From Micrococcaceae bacterium (lineage in GTDB: Bacteria > Actinomycetota > Actinomycetes > Actinomycetales > Micrococcaceae): a stretch of DNA of 64,000 nucleotides. Of this stretch, positions 1 to 12,868 are shown piece after piece; positions within the stretch are counted from its first letter, which is position 1, and every line of letters starts with the position of its first letter. Under the pieces are notes generated by a model. The model made no database searches. It was not told the origin of the DNA and was given only the letters and a program-made list of their open reading frames with translations. The position numbers and the translations under genes were made by a program. The stretch is taken from positions 7,795 through 71,794 of the forward strand of contig JBQDEV010000015.1 of the NCBI GenBank assembly GCA_052084925.1, written 5' to 3'.

Positions 1-239
1 GCGTGGACGCGCGGGTGCAGGGTCTTCACGCGCCCGTCCAGGCATTCCTGGAAGCCGGTGACCTCGGAGACCTCGGTGACGGGCACCCCGGCGCCAGCGA
101 TCCGCTTCGCCGTGGATCCGGTCGACACCAGCTCAACACCCGCCTCATGCAGGCCGCGGGCCAGCGGCTCCAGCCCGGTCTTGTCATACACCGAGATGAG
201 CGCGCGTTTGAAGGGGACGTGATCCAGAGTGATGCTCAC
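1..239 (-). CDS. purH: Bifunctional AICAR transformylase/IMP cyclohydrolase PurH, N-terminal fragment running off the window
   Basis: Own translation of the minus strand from GTG at 239: [79 protein letters not shown]. This is the MGS-like N-terminus of PurH. It lies 61 nt downstream of purN, as in purNH operons. Absent from the ORF track because it is truncated. Confidence 0.85.
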   Translation of the reverse strand, partial: MSITLDHVPFKRALISVYDKTGLEPLARGLHEAGVELVSTGSTAKRIAGAGVPVTEVSEVTGFQECLDGRVKTLHPRVH

Positions 240-300
240 GAGAAATTCTCCTGTGGGGTGAACGGGTGCGGGCGGAACAGCGTGTCCGCGAGTGCCGAAT

Positions 301-930
301 TCAGTCTATGCCAGGTCGGTGCGGCGTCAGGTCGAGCTCCCCGATCATGGCGGACGGGCGGTGCTGCTGGGCCCGGTGCAGCGCGGCGAGGGCGTCGAGC
401 ACCATCGCCCGCTCCTCGACCTTGATCCGCTCGTGCACCTCGGACTCGGACTCCCCCGGGTGAATGCGCACGGCACGCTGGTCCAGGATGCGCCCCGTGT
501 CGACTCCGGCGTCGACCAGGTGCAAGGTGGTGCCGGTGATCTTCACCCCGGCCGCGAGCGCATCGCGCACGCCGTGGGCCCCGGGGAAAGAGGGCAGCAG
601 AGCCGGATGGGTGTTCACGAATCGGCCGGCGAATCGGTCAATGAACTCCGAGCCCACGATCCGCATCAGCCCGGAACTCAGCACCAGGTCGGGATCATAT
701 TCGGCGACGGCGTCGCTCAGGGCTACCGTCCAGGCGGAGCGGTTCGGGTAATCTGCGTAGTCCAGCACGAACGTCTCCAGACCGGCGTCGCGGGCCCGCA
801 CCAGACCATAAGCGTCCGGGGTGTCCGATCCCACGGCGCTGATCTGAATCGGCAGAGCGCCAGAGGAGACGGCGTCGAACACCGCTTGGGCATTGCTGCC
901 CGAACCTGAGAGCAGAATCACGATACGCAT
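301..930 (-). CDS. purN: Phosphoribosylglycinamide formyltransferase
   Basis: Internal ATG at 930 gives [17 protein letters not shown]... with GART motifs [12 protein letters not shown] and [13 protein letters not shown]. The 243-nt upstream extension of the tracked ORF overlaps the divergent ABC gene and is not credible. Confidence 0.9.
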   Translation of the reverse strand: MRIVILLSGSGSNAQAVFDAVSSGALPIQISAVGSDTPDAYGLVRARDAGLETFVLDYADYPNRSAWTVALSDAVAEYDPDLVLSSGLMRIVGSEFIDRFAGRFVNTHPALLPSFPGAHGVRDALAAGVKITGTTLHLVDAGVDTGRILDQRAVRIHPGESESEVHERIKVEERAMVLDALAALHRAQQHRPSAMIGELDLTPHRPGID

Positions 931-1795
931 GGACCCTATGATCTCATTCGATGCCGTCAGCAAACGGTATCCCGCCCGGGGCGCCGCCCGCTCGGCTGAT
1001 GTGACCCGCCCCGCCGTCGATGATGTCAGCCTGCAGATTCCCCGCGGGCAGATCACGGTGCTGGCCGGATCTTCGGGCTCCGGGAAGACCACCCTGCTGC
1101 GGATGGTGAACCGCATGGTCGAGCCCAGCTCGGGCCGGGTGCTGGTCGACGGCGACGACGTGGCCGGGCTCAACCCGGTGTCCCTGCGGCGTCGGATCGG
1201 CTATGTCATGCAGAACGCGGGGCTACTCCCCCACCACACGGTGGCGCAGAACATCACGGTGGTTCCTCAGCTCACCGGCGCCGACCGGGCCGAGCAGCGC
1301 AGCATCGTGGCGGAGATGATGGAGCTGGTCGAGCTGGATCCGTCCTTATCTTCCCGCTACCCCAGCGAGCTCTCCGGTGGGCAGGCCCAGCGTGTGGGCG
1401 TGGCGCGCGGGCTGGCCGGGCGCCCCGAGATTCTGCTGATGGACGAGCCCTTCGGCGCGGTGGACCCGCTGGTGCGCTCCGGATTGCAAGCCCAGTTGCG
1501 GTCGTTGCAGCGCCGGCTGGGCACCACCGTCGTCTTCGTCACCCATGACATGGATGAGGCGCTGCGGCTGGGTGACCACATTGTGTTGTTGGGGGCCGCC
1601 GCCCAGATCGAGCAACAAGGCACGGGCGAGGAGTTCGTGACGCGTCCCGCCAACGATTTCGTCCGCGGGTTCTTGGGGTTGCAGGGTGGCGGCCGCGAGC
1701 TGTTCACCCGCACCGGAGCGGACGGGTCCGTCGTCGTCGTGGATGCGCACGGGCGCCCCGCCGGAGTGCTCGCCGCCGAACCGGAGACCTCATGA
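929..1795 (+). CDS. ABC transporter ATP-binding protein, osmoprotectant (glycine betaine/choline, OpuC/ProU-like) uptake system
   Basis: Walker A LAGSSGSGKTT, signature LSGGQAQRVGVARG, Walker B ILLMDEPFGAVD. Start is ATG 929 (alternative ATG 938). The stop overlaps the next start (ATGA at 1792). Confidence 0.85.
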   Translation: MDPMISFDAVSKRYPARGAARSADVTRPAVDDVSLQIPRGQITVLAGSSGSGKTTLLRMVNRMVEPSSGRVLVDGDDVAGLNPVSLRRRIGYVMQNAGLLPHHTVAQNITVVPQLTGADRAEQRSIVAEMMELVELDPSLSSRYPSELSGGQAQRVGVARGLAGRPEILLMDEPFGAVDPLVRSGLQAQLRSLQRRLGTTVVFVTHDMDEALRLGDHIVLLGAAAQIEQQGTGEEFVTRPANDFVRGFLGLQGGGRELFTRTGADGSVVVVDAHGRPAGVLAAEPETS

Positions 1796-2442
1796 GCTGG
1801 GTGCTCGACAACCTGGGGCTGATCGGCGAGCGCACCTGGGTGCACCTGCTGACGTCGCTGCCCGCTATCGGTGCGGCACTGCTGATTTCACTGCCGCTGG
1901 GGTGGCTGGCGCACCGGGTGCGACCCCTGAACTCCGGGATCCTCACCACCGCCGGACTCCTCTACGCCATCCCGTCGCTGCCGCTGTTCATCGCCCTGCC
2001 GGTGGTGCTGGGCACCGGACTGCGCGACGTCACCAACGTCATCATTGCCCTGACTCTGTACGGGGTGGCGCTGTTAGTGCGCTCGGTGGCGGAGGGCTTC
2101 GATTCGGTCCCGGCCGAGGCCCGGCTGGCGGCGGTGGCCCTGGGGTATCCGCCGCTGCGCCGGGTGCTCGCCGTTGAACTGCCCCTGGCCGCCCCGGTGA
2201 TCATCACCGGGCTGCGGGTGGTCTCCGTGTCCACCCTGTCGCTGTGCACGGTGGGTGCGGTGCTGGGCATCCCCTCACTCGGGATGCTGTTCACCGACGG
2301 CTTCCAGCGCTCCATCATCCCTGAACTACTCACCGGCATCGTGATGACCCTGGTGCTCGCCGCGCTCCTCGACGTCGCCCTGGTGCTGGCCGGCCGAGCG
2401 CTCACCCCCTGGCGTCGGACCGGATCGGGGGCGGCAGCATGA
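1792..2442 (+). CDS. ABC transporter permease (osmoprotectant uptake family)
   Basis: 216-aa polytopic protein. ATGA start/stop overlaps with both neighbours. Sits in an operon with the ATPase and the betaine-type binding protein. Confidence 0.8.
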   Translation: MSWVLDNLGLIGERTWVHLLTSLPAIGAALLISLPLGWLAHRVRPLNSGILTTAGLLYAIPSLPLFIALPVVLGTGLRDVTNVIIALTLYGVALLVRSVAEGFDSVPAEARLAAVALGYPPLRRVLAVELPLAAPVIITGLRVVSVSTLSLCTVGAVLGIPSLGMLFTDGFQRSIIPELLTGIVMTLVLAALLDVALVLAGRALTPWRRTGSGAAA

Positions 2443-3110
2443 TCAACGAGACCCTGGCCTGGCTGAGTGATCCGGACAACTGGACGGGAACCGGCGGCAT
2501 CGCCCGACGCAGTCTGGAACACCTGCAGTACACCGGCGCCGTCGTCGTGCTCGCCCTGCTCATCGCGGTGCCACTGGGCTGGTGGATCGGCCACACCCGA
2601 CGCTTCTCGGGCGTCGTCGTCGGGGTCTCCGCCGCCGCCCGCGCCCTGCCCACCCTGGGCCTGATCACCTTGTTCGCGGTGCTGATGGGTATCGGCGTGC
2701 TTCCGCCGCTGGCCGCTCTGGTGATCCTGGCGGTGCCCTCGGTGCTGGCCGGGGCGTTCAGCGGGTTCGACACGGTGGATCCGCGGGTGGTCGACGCCGC
2801 GCGCGCCCAGGGGTTCACCACCGCCCAGATCGTGCTGCGCATCGAGATCCCGCTGGGATTGCCGCTGCTGCTGGCCGGGATCCGCACCGCCACCCTCCAG
2901 GTGATGTCCACCGCCACCCTGGCTGCCTATGTCGGGGCCGGTGGGCTCGGGCGTTTCGTGTTCCTGGGACTGAACACCCAGCAGTACGCGATGATGCTCG
3001 GTGCCTCGGTGATGGTCATCGCGCTGACCCTGGTCATCGACCTGGCTCTGGCCGGGGTGCAGCGCGCCGTCTCCCCACACGGGGTACGACCGGCCCGCGC
3101 CGCGCGGTAG
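2439..3110 (+). CDS. ABC transporter permease (osmoprotectant uptake family), second subunit
   Basis: 223-aa polytopic paralogue of the preceding permease. ATGA overlap at 2439. Confidence 0.8.
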   Translation: MINETLAWLSDPDNWTGTGGIARRSLEHLQYTGAVVVLALLIAVPLGWWIGHTRRFSGVVVGVSAAARALPTLGLITLFAVLMGIGVLPPLAALVILAVPSVLAGAFSGFDTVDPRVVDAARAQGFTTAQIVLRIEIPLGLPLLLAGIRTATLQVMSTATLAAYVGAGGLGRFVFLGLNTQQYAMMLGASVMVIALTLVIDLALAGVQRAVSPHGVRPARAAR

Positions 3111-3175
3111 CGCTCAATATGCAGTGTCACTCGATCATGGCGTGACCGGTGCACCGAACCGTACAGTGGTTCACC

Positions 3176-4249
3176 ATGAGCCTCCACGACGTCGCCTCCT
3201 CCGTCACCGCTTCCGCCGCCGCATCGGCCCGGGCCGAAACTTCCGCACCACTGCGCTCCCGGAACCGGCGCCGGGTGCGCGCCTGGCAGCTGGTGACCGC
3301 CACGCTGGCCTCCGCCGCGCTGCTGACGGCGTGTGGCGGCGGTTCGGATCCCTTGGCCGACGACGACGCCGCGGGCACCGCCACCGCCGAGGCGACTGAC
3401 GCCAACGGCGAGGCCAACGGAGACGCCGGCGCCAGCAACGATCCGGATGCGATCGCGATCGGCTCGCAGGCGTACTATTCGAACGAGATCATCGCCGAGC
3501 TGTACGCCCAGGCACTGGAGGCCGGCGGCTTCACGGTGGACCGGCAGTACCAGATCGGCCAGCGCGAGGTGTACCTGCCCGAGCTGGAGTCCGGCGACAT
3601 CGACGTCATTCCCGACTACACCGGCAACCTGCTGCAGTACTACGACGAGGACGCCGCCGCCGAGGCGGGCTCCCCCGAGGATGTCTTCGCCGCACTCGAC
3701 GACGCCCTGCCCGAGGAACTGCGGGTGCTGCAGTACGCGGAGGCCACCGATCAGGATTCCTACACGGTCACCGCCGAGACCGCCGAAGAGTACGACCTGA
3801 GCAGCATCGGCGACTTGACCGCACTGGACCAGCCGGTCTCGATCGCCGCGAACTCCGAGTTCGAGTCGCGGCCCTACGGTCCCTCCGGCGCCGAGGAGGT
3901 CTACGGGGTGCAGCTGGAACTGACCCCGGTGGAGGACTCCGGTGGTCCGCTCACGGTTTCCGCGCTGACCGACGGCACGGTGCAGGTGGCCGACATCTAC
4001 ACCGCCTCCCCCGCCATCGCCGAGAATGATCTGGTCGTGCTGGAGGACCCCGAGAGCCTCATCCTGCCGCAGAACGTAGTTCCGGTCACCGGATCCGAGC
4101 TGGACCCGGATGCCGCCGCGATCATCGAGGATGTGCAGCGCCGCCTGACCGTGGAGGCCCTGATCGAGTTGAATGCGCAGTCGGTATCGGAGCAGGCTTC
4201 CTCAGCGGACCTGGCAACGCAGTGGCTGGACGAACAGGGGCTAAGCTGA
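3176..4249 (+). CDS. Glycine betaine/osmoprotectant ABC transporter substrate-binding lipoprotein
   Basis: Arg-rich leader (SRNRRRV) followed by the lipobox LLTAC-GGGS. OpuAC/OpuCC-like core: IGSQAYYSNEIIAELYAQALEAGGF ... DVIPDYTGNLLQYY. ATG 3176 is preferred; GTG 3149 is possible. Confidence 0.8.
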   Translation: MSLHDVASSVTASAAASARAETSAPLRSRNRRRVRAWQLVTATLASAALLTACGGGSDPLADDDAAGTATAEATDANGEANGDAGASNDPDAIAIGSQAYYSNEIIAELYAQALEAGGFTVDRQYQIGQREVYLPELESGDIDVIPDYTGNLLQYYDEDAAAEAGSPEDVFAALDDALPEELRVLQYAEATDQDSYTVTAETAEEYDLSSIGDLTALDQPVSIAANSEFESRPYGPSGAEEVYGVQLELTPVEDSGGPLTVSALTDGTVQVADIYTASPAIAENDLVVLEDPESLILPQNVVPVTGSELDPDAAAIIEDVQRRLTVEALIELNAQSVSEQASSADLATQWLDEQGLS

Positions 4250-4253
4250 GTCA

Positions 4254-4667
4254 ATGACGACTCCCGCGCCGCCCACGACTGAGCCCGCGTCGCCCCCAGA
4301 TGAGACCGTGCGCCGAGCGCGCACCCTGTTGCTGGCGCTCTTCGGCTGCCTGATCGGCACCTATTTCGCCTCCACCCTCACCCTGCCCGCCAAGGCGCTG
4401 GCGCTGCCCTTCGCCGTCGCCGGCATCGTGTTCGGGGTGCTGGCCTTGCGTCGGGTGGCCAAGGCCGGAGTGTCCATGCTGCTGCCCACCGCCGCCACCG
4501 CGGGCATGCTGGGCTGTCTGCTCTTCGCCGGGCTGGTGGTCGCGCAGATGGTGTTCTGGGAGGCCACCGTGGCCTTCGAGTCCTGTGTCAGTGGCGCGCT
4601 CACCGATCGCGCGCTGCACCAGTGCTCGGCGGAGTACAACACCGGGCTCGGCATCGGCGCTCCCTGA
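4254..4667 (+). CDS. Hypothetical small membrane protein
   Basis: 137 aa with 3-4 hydrophobic segments (LLLALFGCLIGTYFAS, LPFAVAGIVFGVLAL, MLGCLLFAGLVVAQMVF). No family recognised. Confidence 0.5.
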   Translation: MTTPAPPTTEPASPPDETVRRARTLLLALFGCLIGTYFASTLTLPAKALALPFAVAGIVFGVLALRRVAKAGVSMLLPTAATAGMLGCLLFAGLVVAQMVFWEATVAFESCVSGALTDRALHQCSAEYNTGLGIGAP

Positions 4668-4714
4668 GGTCACACTCTCGGAGATCACACGTCCTGGGAT
4701 CGCACTCCCCGAGA

Positions 4715-7597
<2,883 letters not shown>

Positions 7598-7635
7598 TCG
7601 GACACTCTGGGGCCATAGCTCTGGGAGCACACACA

Positions 7636-7684
7636 ACGACGTCGCCGCTCTCCCCTACACGGGAGGCGGCGACGTCGTCGTTTA
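7636..7684. terminator. Bidirectional intrinsic terminator between gdhA and the convergent thioesterase gene
   Basis: ACGACGTCGCCGC(T)CTCCC - CTACAC - GGGAGGCGGCGACGTCGT followed by CGTTT. About 18-bp GC-rich stem with one bulge. Confidence 0.7.
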
Positions 7685-7732
7685 AGAGAAAGACAGCGAC
7701 GGTCAGAGTAAGCCAGAGAAGGTCAGCGAAGG

Positions 7733-8191
7733 TCAGCCCGGCAGGTGCGGCTCAAGGGCGGCGCGCTGCTGCGGGCTCAGCCGCACCGGACGGCCGGAGG
7801 CGCCGTCAACGAAGACCATGGTGGTGGTCGCGCTCACGCACACCTGCTCGGTCACCGGGTCAACGAGGTCGTAGCCGATGACGACGGAGGCGCCCTTGAC
7901 GGCGAGCACCCGCACGCGCACCTGGACCGCCACCGTGCGGTACTCCAGCTGCCGGCGATAGCTCACCGTGTGCTCGGCGATCAGCGTCAGCACACCCTCG
8001 GGGACCCCGGCCAGCAGATCGATCGGCGCGGGCTGGCCGCCTGGTGCCCCGGTTCCGGCAGGCACCCCGAACACGGCGATGCGCGCTTCCTCGAGCACGG
8101 AGAGGATGCGCGCGTTGTTGATGTGGCCGTAGGCGTCCATGTCGCCCCACCGCAGCGGGATGGAGACCGTGAGGCCCGTATGCTCAACCAT
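7733..8191 (-). CDS. Acyl-CoA thioesterase, hotdog (4HBT) fold
   Basis: ATG 8191: MVEHTGLTVSIPLRWGDMDAYGHINNARILSVLEEARIAVFG. The RWGDxDxxGHVNN-type motif is typical of YbgC/4HBT thioesterases. Confidence 0.75.
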   Translation of the reverse strand: MVEHTGLTVSIPLRWGDMDAYGHINNARILSVLEEARIAVFGVPAGTGAPGGQPAPIDLLAGVPEGVLTLIAEHTVSYRRQLEYRTVAVQVRVRVLAVKGASVVIGYDLVDPVTEQVCVSATTTMVFVDGASGRPVRLSPQQRAALEPHLPG

Positions 8192-9341
8192 CGACGTCGG
8201 CCTCGGAGAAGTCCTGGGTGAACAGCGGGAAATCCATCTGCAGCCGCTCCACCGATTCGGTCTCCTCGGTGCGCACGCTGTGCGGCCAGGCCTGGGGCGA
8301 ACCCGTGCCATGGTCCGGGTTCAGGATGCCCAGTTCTTCGAGCTGCAGGGTCAGTGCGGCGCCGTCGGGTCCGTAAACCCAGGGCACGCCCGGAGTGGTG
8401 TGCCGGGTCTCGGCCGCGCGGCCACCGGCCAGCAGCGCCTCCGAGGGGGTAAGCTGCCGGATCACAATCGCCCGGACGCGGCCCGGGTGCCGCCGCGCGA
8501 AGGAGGCGTAGATCTCCGGGTCGTGCTGGCCGTCGTCGCCCACCAGAATCCACTGGGTCTCCGGGAAGTCCTCGCTGAGCCGGTCCAGCGCCTCGTGTTT
8601 GTGCTCCATGCCCGAACGGAACACCCGGTCCTCGGTGGGCCCCCAGCTGGTCAGCAGCAGCGGACCCAGCGGGTAGAGGTTGCGCGTCAGGAAGCGGGTG
8701 AGCGCCTGGGCCACATTCCACGCACCGGTGGACACGTAGAACGCCGGGGAGGAGTTCTCCAGGTCCAGCAGCCGGTTCAGCAGCACCGACATCCCGGGGG
8801 TGGGGGTGCGAGCGTGCTCGTCGAGCACGAAGGAGTTCCAGCTGGCCAGCAGCGGGCGCGGCAGCGCGGTGACCACGATCGTGTCGTCGATGTCGCAGAT
8901 CACGCCCTGCCGGGCCGCCTCGTCCACCACGATCACGTCGACGCTGGAGCTATCTCCACCGGCCACGTGCACCTGCGCCGTCGTCCAACCGGGGCTCAGC
9001 TGCGCCGGGATCACCGCGTCGATGACCCCGTTGCGGTCGGCGCGCACCGGATACCGATGCCCGGCAACCTCGACGTCGACCTGGTGGAACGCCAGCGGGG
9101 GCGAGATGAAGTTGCGCCAGCCACGCACGCCGTCTTTGATGACGGGGGCGAGCCGGCGGCCATTGACGAATTCCTCGCCCGGGGCCAGGATGACCCGGGC
9201 GAGGACGCGCACCCAGGAGGTGGTCCCGTACCCGGTGAAGGAGAGGATGGTCGGTTCATCGCCTGCGGCTTGGCGACGGCGACGACGGTAGCGCTGCCAA
9301 TGGCCATACACCCAGGCGGGCAGCTGATCAGGTCCGGGCAT
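8184..9341 (-). CDS. App1-family (DUF2183) phosphatase-like protein
   Basis: 385 aa with a HAD-like DxDxT motif (ICDIDDTIVVT) and LVGDDGQHDPEIY, as in the App1/DUF2183 family. Overlaps the thioesterase start by 8 nt. Confidence 0.6.
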   Translation of the reverse strand: MPGPDQLPAWVYGHWQRYRRRRRQAAGDEPTILSFTGYGTTSWVRVLARVILAPGEEFVNGRRLAPVIKDGVRGWRNFISPPLAFHQVDVEVAGHRYPVRADRNGVIDAVIPAQLSPGWTTAQVHVAGGDSSSVDVIVVDEAARQGVICDIDDTIVVTALPRPLLASWNSFVLDEHARTPTPGMSVLLNRLLDLENSSPAFYVSTGAWNVAQALTRFLTRNLYPLGPLLLTSWGPTEDRVFRSGMEHKHEALDRLSEDFPETQWILVGDDGQHDPEIYASFARRHPGRVRAIVIRQLTPSEALLAGGRAAETRHTTPGVPWVYGPDGAALTLQLEELGILNPDHGTGSPQAWPHSVRTEETESVERLQMDFPLFTQDFSEADVDG

Positions 9342-9399
9342 GCCTCCAGCCTATCGCGCCGGGGAGCCGGTCACCGACGACACACGTCGTTCGTTGACG

Positions 9400-10839
9400 C
9401 TAGACCGTGCGCCGCAACGGGACTTCCCGGATGAGCAGCACCGCAACCAGGGCGGGGGTGGCGATCAGCGCGGCCGCCAGGAACATGGGTCCGGCCCCGG
9501 CGGCGTAGCCGTCCATGAGCTGGGAGGCGGTGGCGGCCGTCGCCACGTGCACGGCCATCACCGCGCCCATCACCGAATTGCCCAGTGCCCCGCCCACGGT
9601 GCGGAAGAACGCGATGGCTGCTGACGCTGCCCCGATGTGGTGTACCGTCACCGTGTTCTGCACCGCGAGCATCAGGTTCTGGATGACCATGCCCACCCCG
9701 AGTCCGATCAGCGCGATCTTCACCCCGATCAGCCAGAACGGGGTGGTCGCGTCCACGGCGGAGAGCCAGTAGGCGGCGGCGATGGCCAGCCCGGAGCCCA
9801 GCACCAGGTAGATCTTCCACCGCCCGTAGCGGGTAATAAGCTGACCGGTCACGGTGGTGCCGATCAGGTTGCCGAAAATCAGCGGCAGCGTCAGCATCCC
9901 CGAGGCGGTCGGCCCCAGCCCACGCCCGTTCTGGAAATAGAGACCCAAATAAGCAGGGATCGAGATCATCAGCACGGCCAGGGTCAGCGAGGCGATGATG
10001 GCCAGCAGTGTGGTGCGGGAGCGGAAGATCCTGGGGTCCATCACCGGCTCGGCCACCCGGCGCTCCACCATGATCAGCCCGGTCACCCCCGCCAGTACGG
10101 TGAGCACCAGCAGGGCGGAGGGCCAGGAGACGACGTCGAAGAACGCCGGGTTGCCGGCGAAGGAGAGCCACAGCATTCCGGCGATGGTCGCCGCCGCCAG
10201 CAGGGTGGCGCCCAGCCAGTCGATGCGCACCGGACGCGGTGGTCGCGGCGCCAGGTTCAGCGTCTTGCCGATGATCACCATGGCCACCAGCGCCACCGGG
10301 ATCCCCGCCCAGAACGTCCAGCGCCAGCCGGCCGTCTCCACGAGGAGCCCGCCGATGAGCGGTCCGGCGGCGGTTGCCGTCGCCATGGTGGCTCCCATGT
10401 ATCCGGCGTAGCGGCCGCGCTCCCGCGGGGCGATGATGGTGCCCATGATGGCCATGGTCAGGGCGGCCAGCCCGCCCACACCGACCCCCTGGATCACCCG
10501 CCCCAGGATCAGCACGCCCATGGTGCCGCCGAGTCCGGCCACCAGGGAGCCGAGGGTGAAGATCCCCAGCGCCGTCTGGAACAACCGCTTCTTGTCGAAC
10601 AGGTCGGCCAGCTTGCCCCAGATCGGGGTGGTCGCCGCGTTCGCCAGGAGGGTGCCGGTGAGCACCCAGGAGTATTCCAGCTGCGTGCCGTCGAGTTCCC
10701 GGACGATCACCGGCAGCGCGGTGACGATGATGTTGATGGAGAGCATGGCGGCGAAGAAGCCGGCCAGCAGTCCGGTCAGCGCCCGCAGCACCTCCCGGTG
10801 GCTCATCGGTTCATCGGCGGAGGCAACGGCGTCAGCCAT
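9400..10839 (-). CDS. MFS transporter, DHA2 (14-TMS drug:H+ antiporter) type
   Basis: ATG 10839 (MADAVASADEPMSHREVLRALTGLLAGFFAAMLSINIIVTALP). About 479 aa with around 14 hydrophobic segments. 8-nt overlap with the upstream MarR gene. Confidence 0.8.
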   Translation of the reverse strand: MADAVASADEPMSHREVLRALTGLLAGFFAAMLSINIIVTALPVIVRELDGTQLEYSWVLTGTLLANAATTPIWGKLADLFDKKRLFQTALGIFTLGSLVAGLGGTMGVLILGRVIQGVGVGGLAALTMAIMGTIIAPRERGRYAGYMGATMATATAAGPLIGGLLVETAGWRWTFWAGIPVALVAMVIIGKTLNLAPRPPRPVRIDWLGATLLAAATIAGMLWLSFAGNPAFFDVVSWPSALLVLTVLAGVTGLIMVERRVAEPVMDPRIFRSRTTLLAIIASLTLAVLMISIPAYLGLYFQNGRGLGPTASGMLTLPLIFGNLIGTTVTGQLITRYGRWKIYLVLGSGLAIAAAYWLSAVDATTPFWLIGVKIALIGLGVGMVIQNLMLAVQNTVTVHHIGAASAAIAFFRTVGGALGNSVMGAVMAVHVATAATASQLMDGYAAGAGPMFLAAALIATPALVAVLLIREVPLRRTV

Positions 10840-11317
10840 GCAGCGCCCCCGCCGGTGGGGTGCCCTCGGCCCGATCGGCCAGGTTCGTCTGCACCGTGGC
10901 GATGAGCTCCTCCATCGCGGCCACGGTGGCGTGCACGGTGGCGTCGTCCAGGCCGGTGAGCGAGGAGCGCACGATCTCCACCCGGCGGGCGCGCAGCGCC
11001 AGGGCCAGCTCGACCCCGTCCTCGGTGAGACTGAGCCGCTGGGATCGGGCATCGTCCGGGTCCGTCTGTCGCCGCAGCAGGCCGCGGGCTTCCAGATCGG
11101 CCACCAGGCGCGAGGTGGGTGCCTTGTCGATGCCGAGCCAGACGGCCAGGTCCTTGGAGCGGCTCGGGCCCTGGCGGCGCAGGTAGAGCAGCATCATCTG
11201 CGCGGCCGGTCCAGGGTCGCCGTCCTCCTGATGTGTGCGGAACCCCCAGCGCAGCAGCCGGTGGAAGCGCGAGAGCGTGGTGAACAGCTCGTCGGCGGTG
11301 GATTCGGACACGGACAT
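10832..11317 (-). CDS. MarR family transcriptional regulator
   Basis: ATG 11317 (MSVSESTADELFTTLSRFHRLLR...). Winged-HTH segment SRSKDLAVWLGIDKAPTSRLVADLEARGLLRRQTDPDDARSQRLSLTEDG. Confidence 0.85.
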   Translation of the reverse strand: MSVSESTADELFTTLSRFHRLLRWGFRTHQEDGDPGPAAQMMLLYLRRQGPSRSKDLAVWLGIDKAPTSRLVADLEARGLLRRQTDPDDARSQRLSLTEDGVELALALRARRVEIVRSSLTGLDDATVHATVAAMEELIATVQTNLADRAEGTPPAGALHG

Positions 11318-11432
11318 GGTCGGTCTCCCCCTGCGGGTGGTCTCAGCGGCACGCATTGTCGGCAGTTTGGTTGCTCTTAGCAACTAACTCTAGGGGGTGG
11401 ACCCGTCGGTGGCAAGAGCCCGGACGAAGCCG

Positions 11433-12425
11433 ATGAGTAGACTGGGCGATGTGACCGACGACGCCGCATCCCCCGACATCCGCGCCACCGCGTTGATGGG
11501 CCTGGCACGCGAGGCCGCACGCAGCGCCGCCCCGGCACTGCTCGAGGCGTTCCGCGCTCCGCAGGACCACCTCGGCGTCACCACGAAGTCCAACGACCAC
11601 GACGTCGTCACGCTCCTGGATCGCGCCACCGAAGACCTCCTCGTCGCCCGGCTCACCGAGGCACTGCCCGGCTCCCGGGTCCTCGGCGAAGAAGGAGGGG
11701 TGCGCGGCGGGAAGCCCGCGGATGCCGACACGGCAGCCGACGGTGGAGCCGACCGCGCGGTCGACGTCGAATGGATCATCGACCCGATTGACGGCACCTC
11801 GAATTTCGTGCACGGCTTCGTCCCGTTCTCGATCTCCATCGCGGCGGCAGTGCACGGCACGGTGCGCGCCGGCGTGGTGCTGGATCCGGTGAACGGGCTG
11901 GAATTCTCGGCCGACGACGACGGCGCCTACCTCAATGGTGCCCCGCTGACCCCGCGGCCCGCCCCGGACAGCGAGCGCCGGTACAATCTGGTCACTTCCT
12001 TCCCCTCGGCGGAGAATCTCGCGCATCAGCCCGCCCGCTGCCTCGAGCTGTTCGGGCGGCTGGTGCAGGACTACGCCACGCTGCGCCGCACCGTCTCGGG
12101 TGCCATGGAGCTCTGCTACACCGCCGCCGGCTGGTCCGACGTCACCCTGGCGCTGGCCACCCATCCGTGGGACATCGCCGCCGGGCAGCTCATTCTGACC
12201 CGCGCCGGCGGCACCGTGCACGGGCGCGGATACCCCGCCGAGGTGGCCGGCCGTCTCGCACCGCATCTGGCCCCGCATCTGCTGGGTGTCGCCCCCGGAC
12301 GCACGACAGCAGCCGCGCTCGAGCAGTTCGAGCAGATCGTGGCCGCCGTCGAGCCCGCACCTGAACCCGCATCCTCAACCAGCCGCGCACTCGCGGACCT
12401 CACCCCGATCACGGAGGCACCATGA
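11433..12425 (+). CDS. Inositol monophosphatase family protein
   Basis: IMPase motifs WIIDPIDGTSNFVHG and WDIAAGQLIL. Start uncertain: ATG 11433 or the tracked 11397. Confidence 0.75.
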   Translation: MSRLGDVTDDAASPDIRATALMGLAREAARSAAPALLEAFRAPQDHLGVTTKSNDHDVVTLLDRATEDLLVARLTEALPGSRVLGEEGGVRGGKPADADTAADGGADRAVDVEWIIDPIDGTSNFVHGFVPFSISIAAAVHGTVRAGVVLDPVNGLEFSADDDGAYLNGAPLTPRPAPDSERRYNLVTSFPSAENLAHQPARCLELFGRLVQDYATLRRTVSGAMELCYTAAGWSDVTLALATHPWDIAAGQLILTRAGGTVHGRGYPAEVAGRLAPHLAPHLLGVAPGRTTAAALEQFEQIVAAVEPAPEPASSTSRALADLTPITEAP

Positions 12426-12865
12426 ACCTGATGTTTGACCACCCCGACGACGAGCCCGTGCTGATCCTCGACGACGAGCGCTCCTGGAAGCTGCTCACCC
12501 ACACCCGGCACGCCCGGGTGGCGTTCCAGGGCGAGGAGCGCCTGGAGATCTTCCCGGTGAATATCCTCGCCGAGGCGCCCGTGGTCTATTTCCGCACCGC
12601 CCCCGGCTCCAAGCTCACCGCTGCGGAGCACAGCACCGGCATCGCGCTGGAGGCCGACGGCATGCTGCCCGACCAGGGCTGGTCGGTGGTGGCGCGCGGC
12701 CTGGCGCGGGTGCTCACCGACGACGACGAGATCCGCCGGGTTCGTCGCCTCGGGCTCACCCCCTGGGTCCCCACTTACAAGGACTACATTGTGGCCGTGG
12801 AGGTCACCGAGATCAGCGGGCGCCACTTCCAGTTCGGCCCGCACCCCGAGCGCGAAGACGGTTAG
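12422..12865 (+). CDS. Pyridoxamine 5'-phosphate oxidase family (FMN-binding split barrel) protein
   Basis: 147 aa. The pattern SWKLLTHTRHARVAF ... IFPVNILAEAPVVYFRTAPGSKL ... is typical of the Pyridox_ox_2 family. ATGA overlap with the previous gene. Confidence 0.6.
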   Translation: MNLMFDHPDDEPVLILDDERSWKLLTHTRHARVAFQGEERLEIFPVNILAEAPVVYFRTAPGSKLTAAEHSTGIALEADGMLPDQGWSVVARGLARVLTDDDEIRRVRRLGLTPWVPTYKDYIVAVEVTEISGRHFQFGPHPEREDG

Positions 12866-12868
12866 TCT

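Noticed and set aside
1962-3080. 372-aa minus-strand ORF
   Set aside because: Antisense to the two ABC permease genes. Gly/His/Arg/Asp-rich with no motifs.
8139-10905. Plus-strand ORFs 8139..9434 and 9637..10905
   Set aside because: Antisense to the App1-like and MFS genes. Arg/Gly/His-rich composition.
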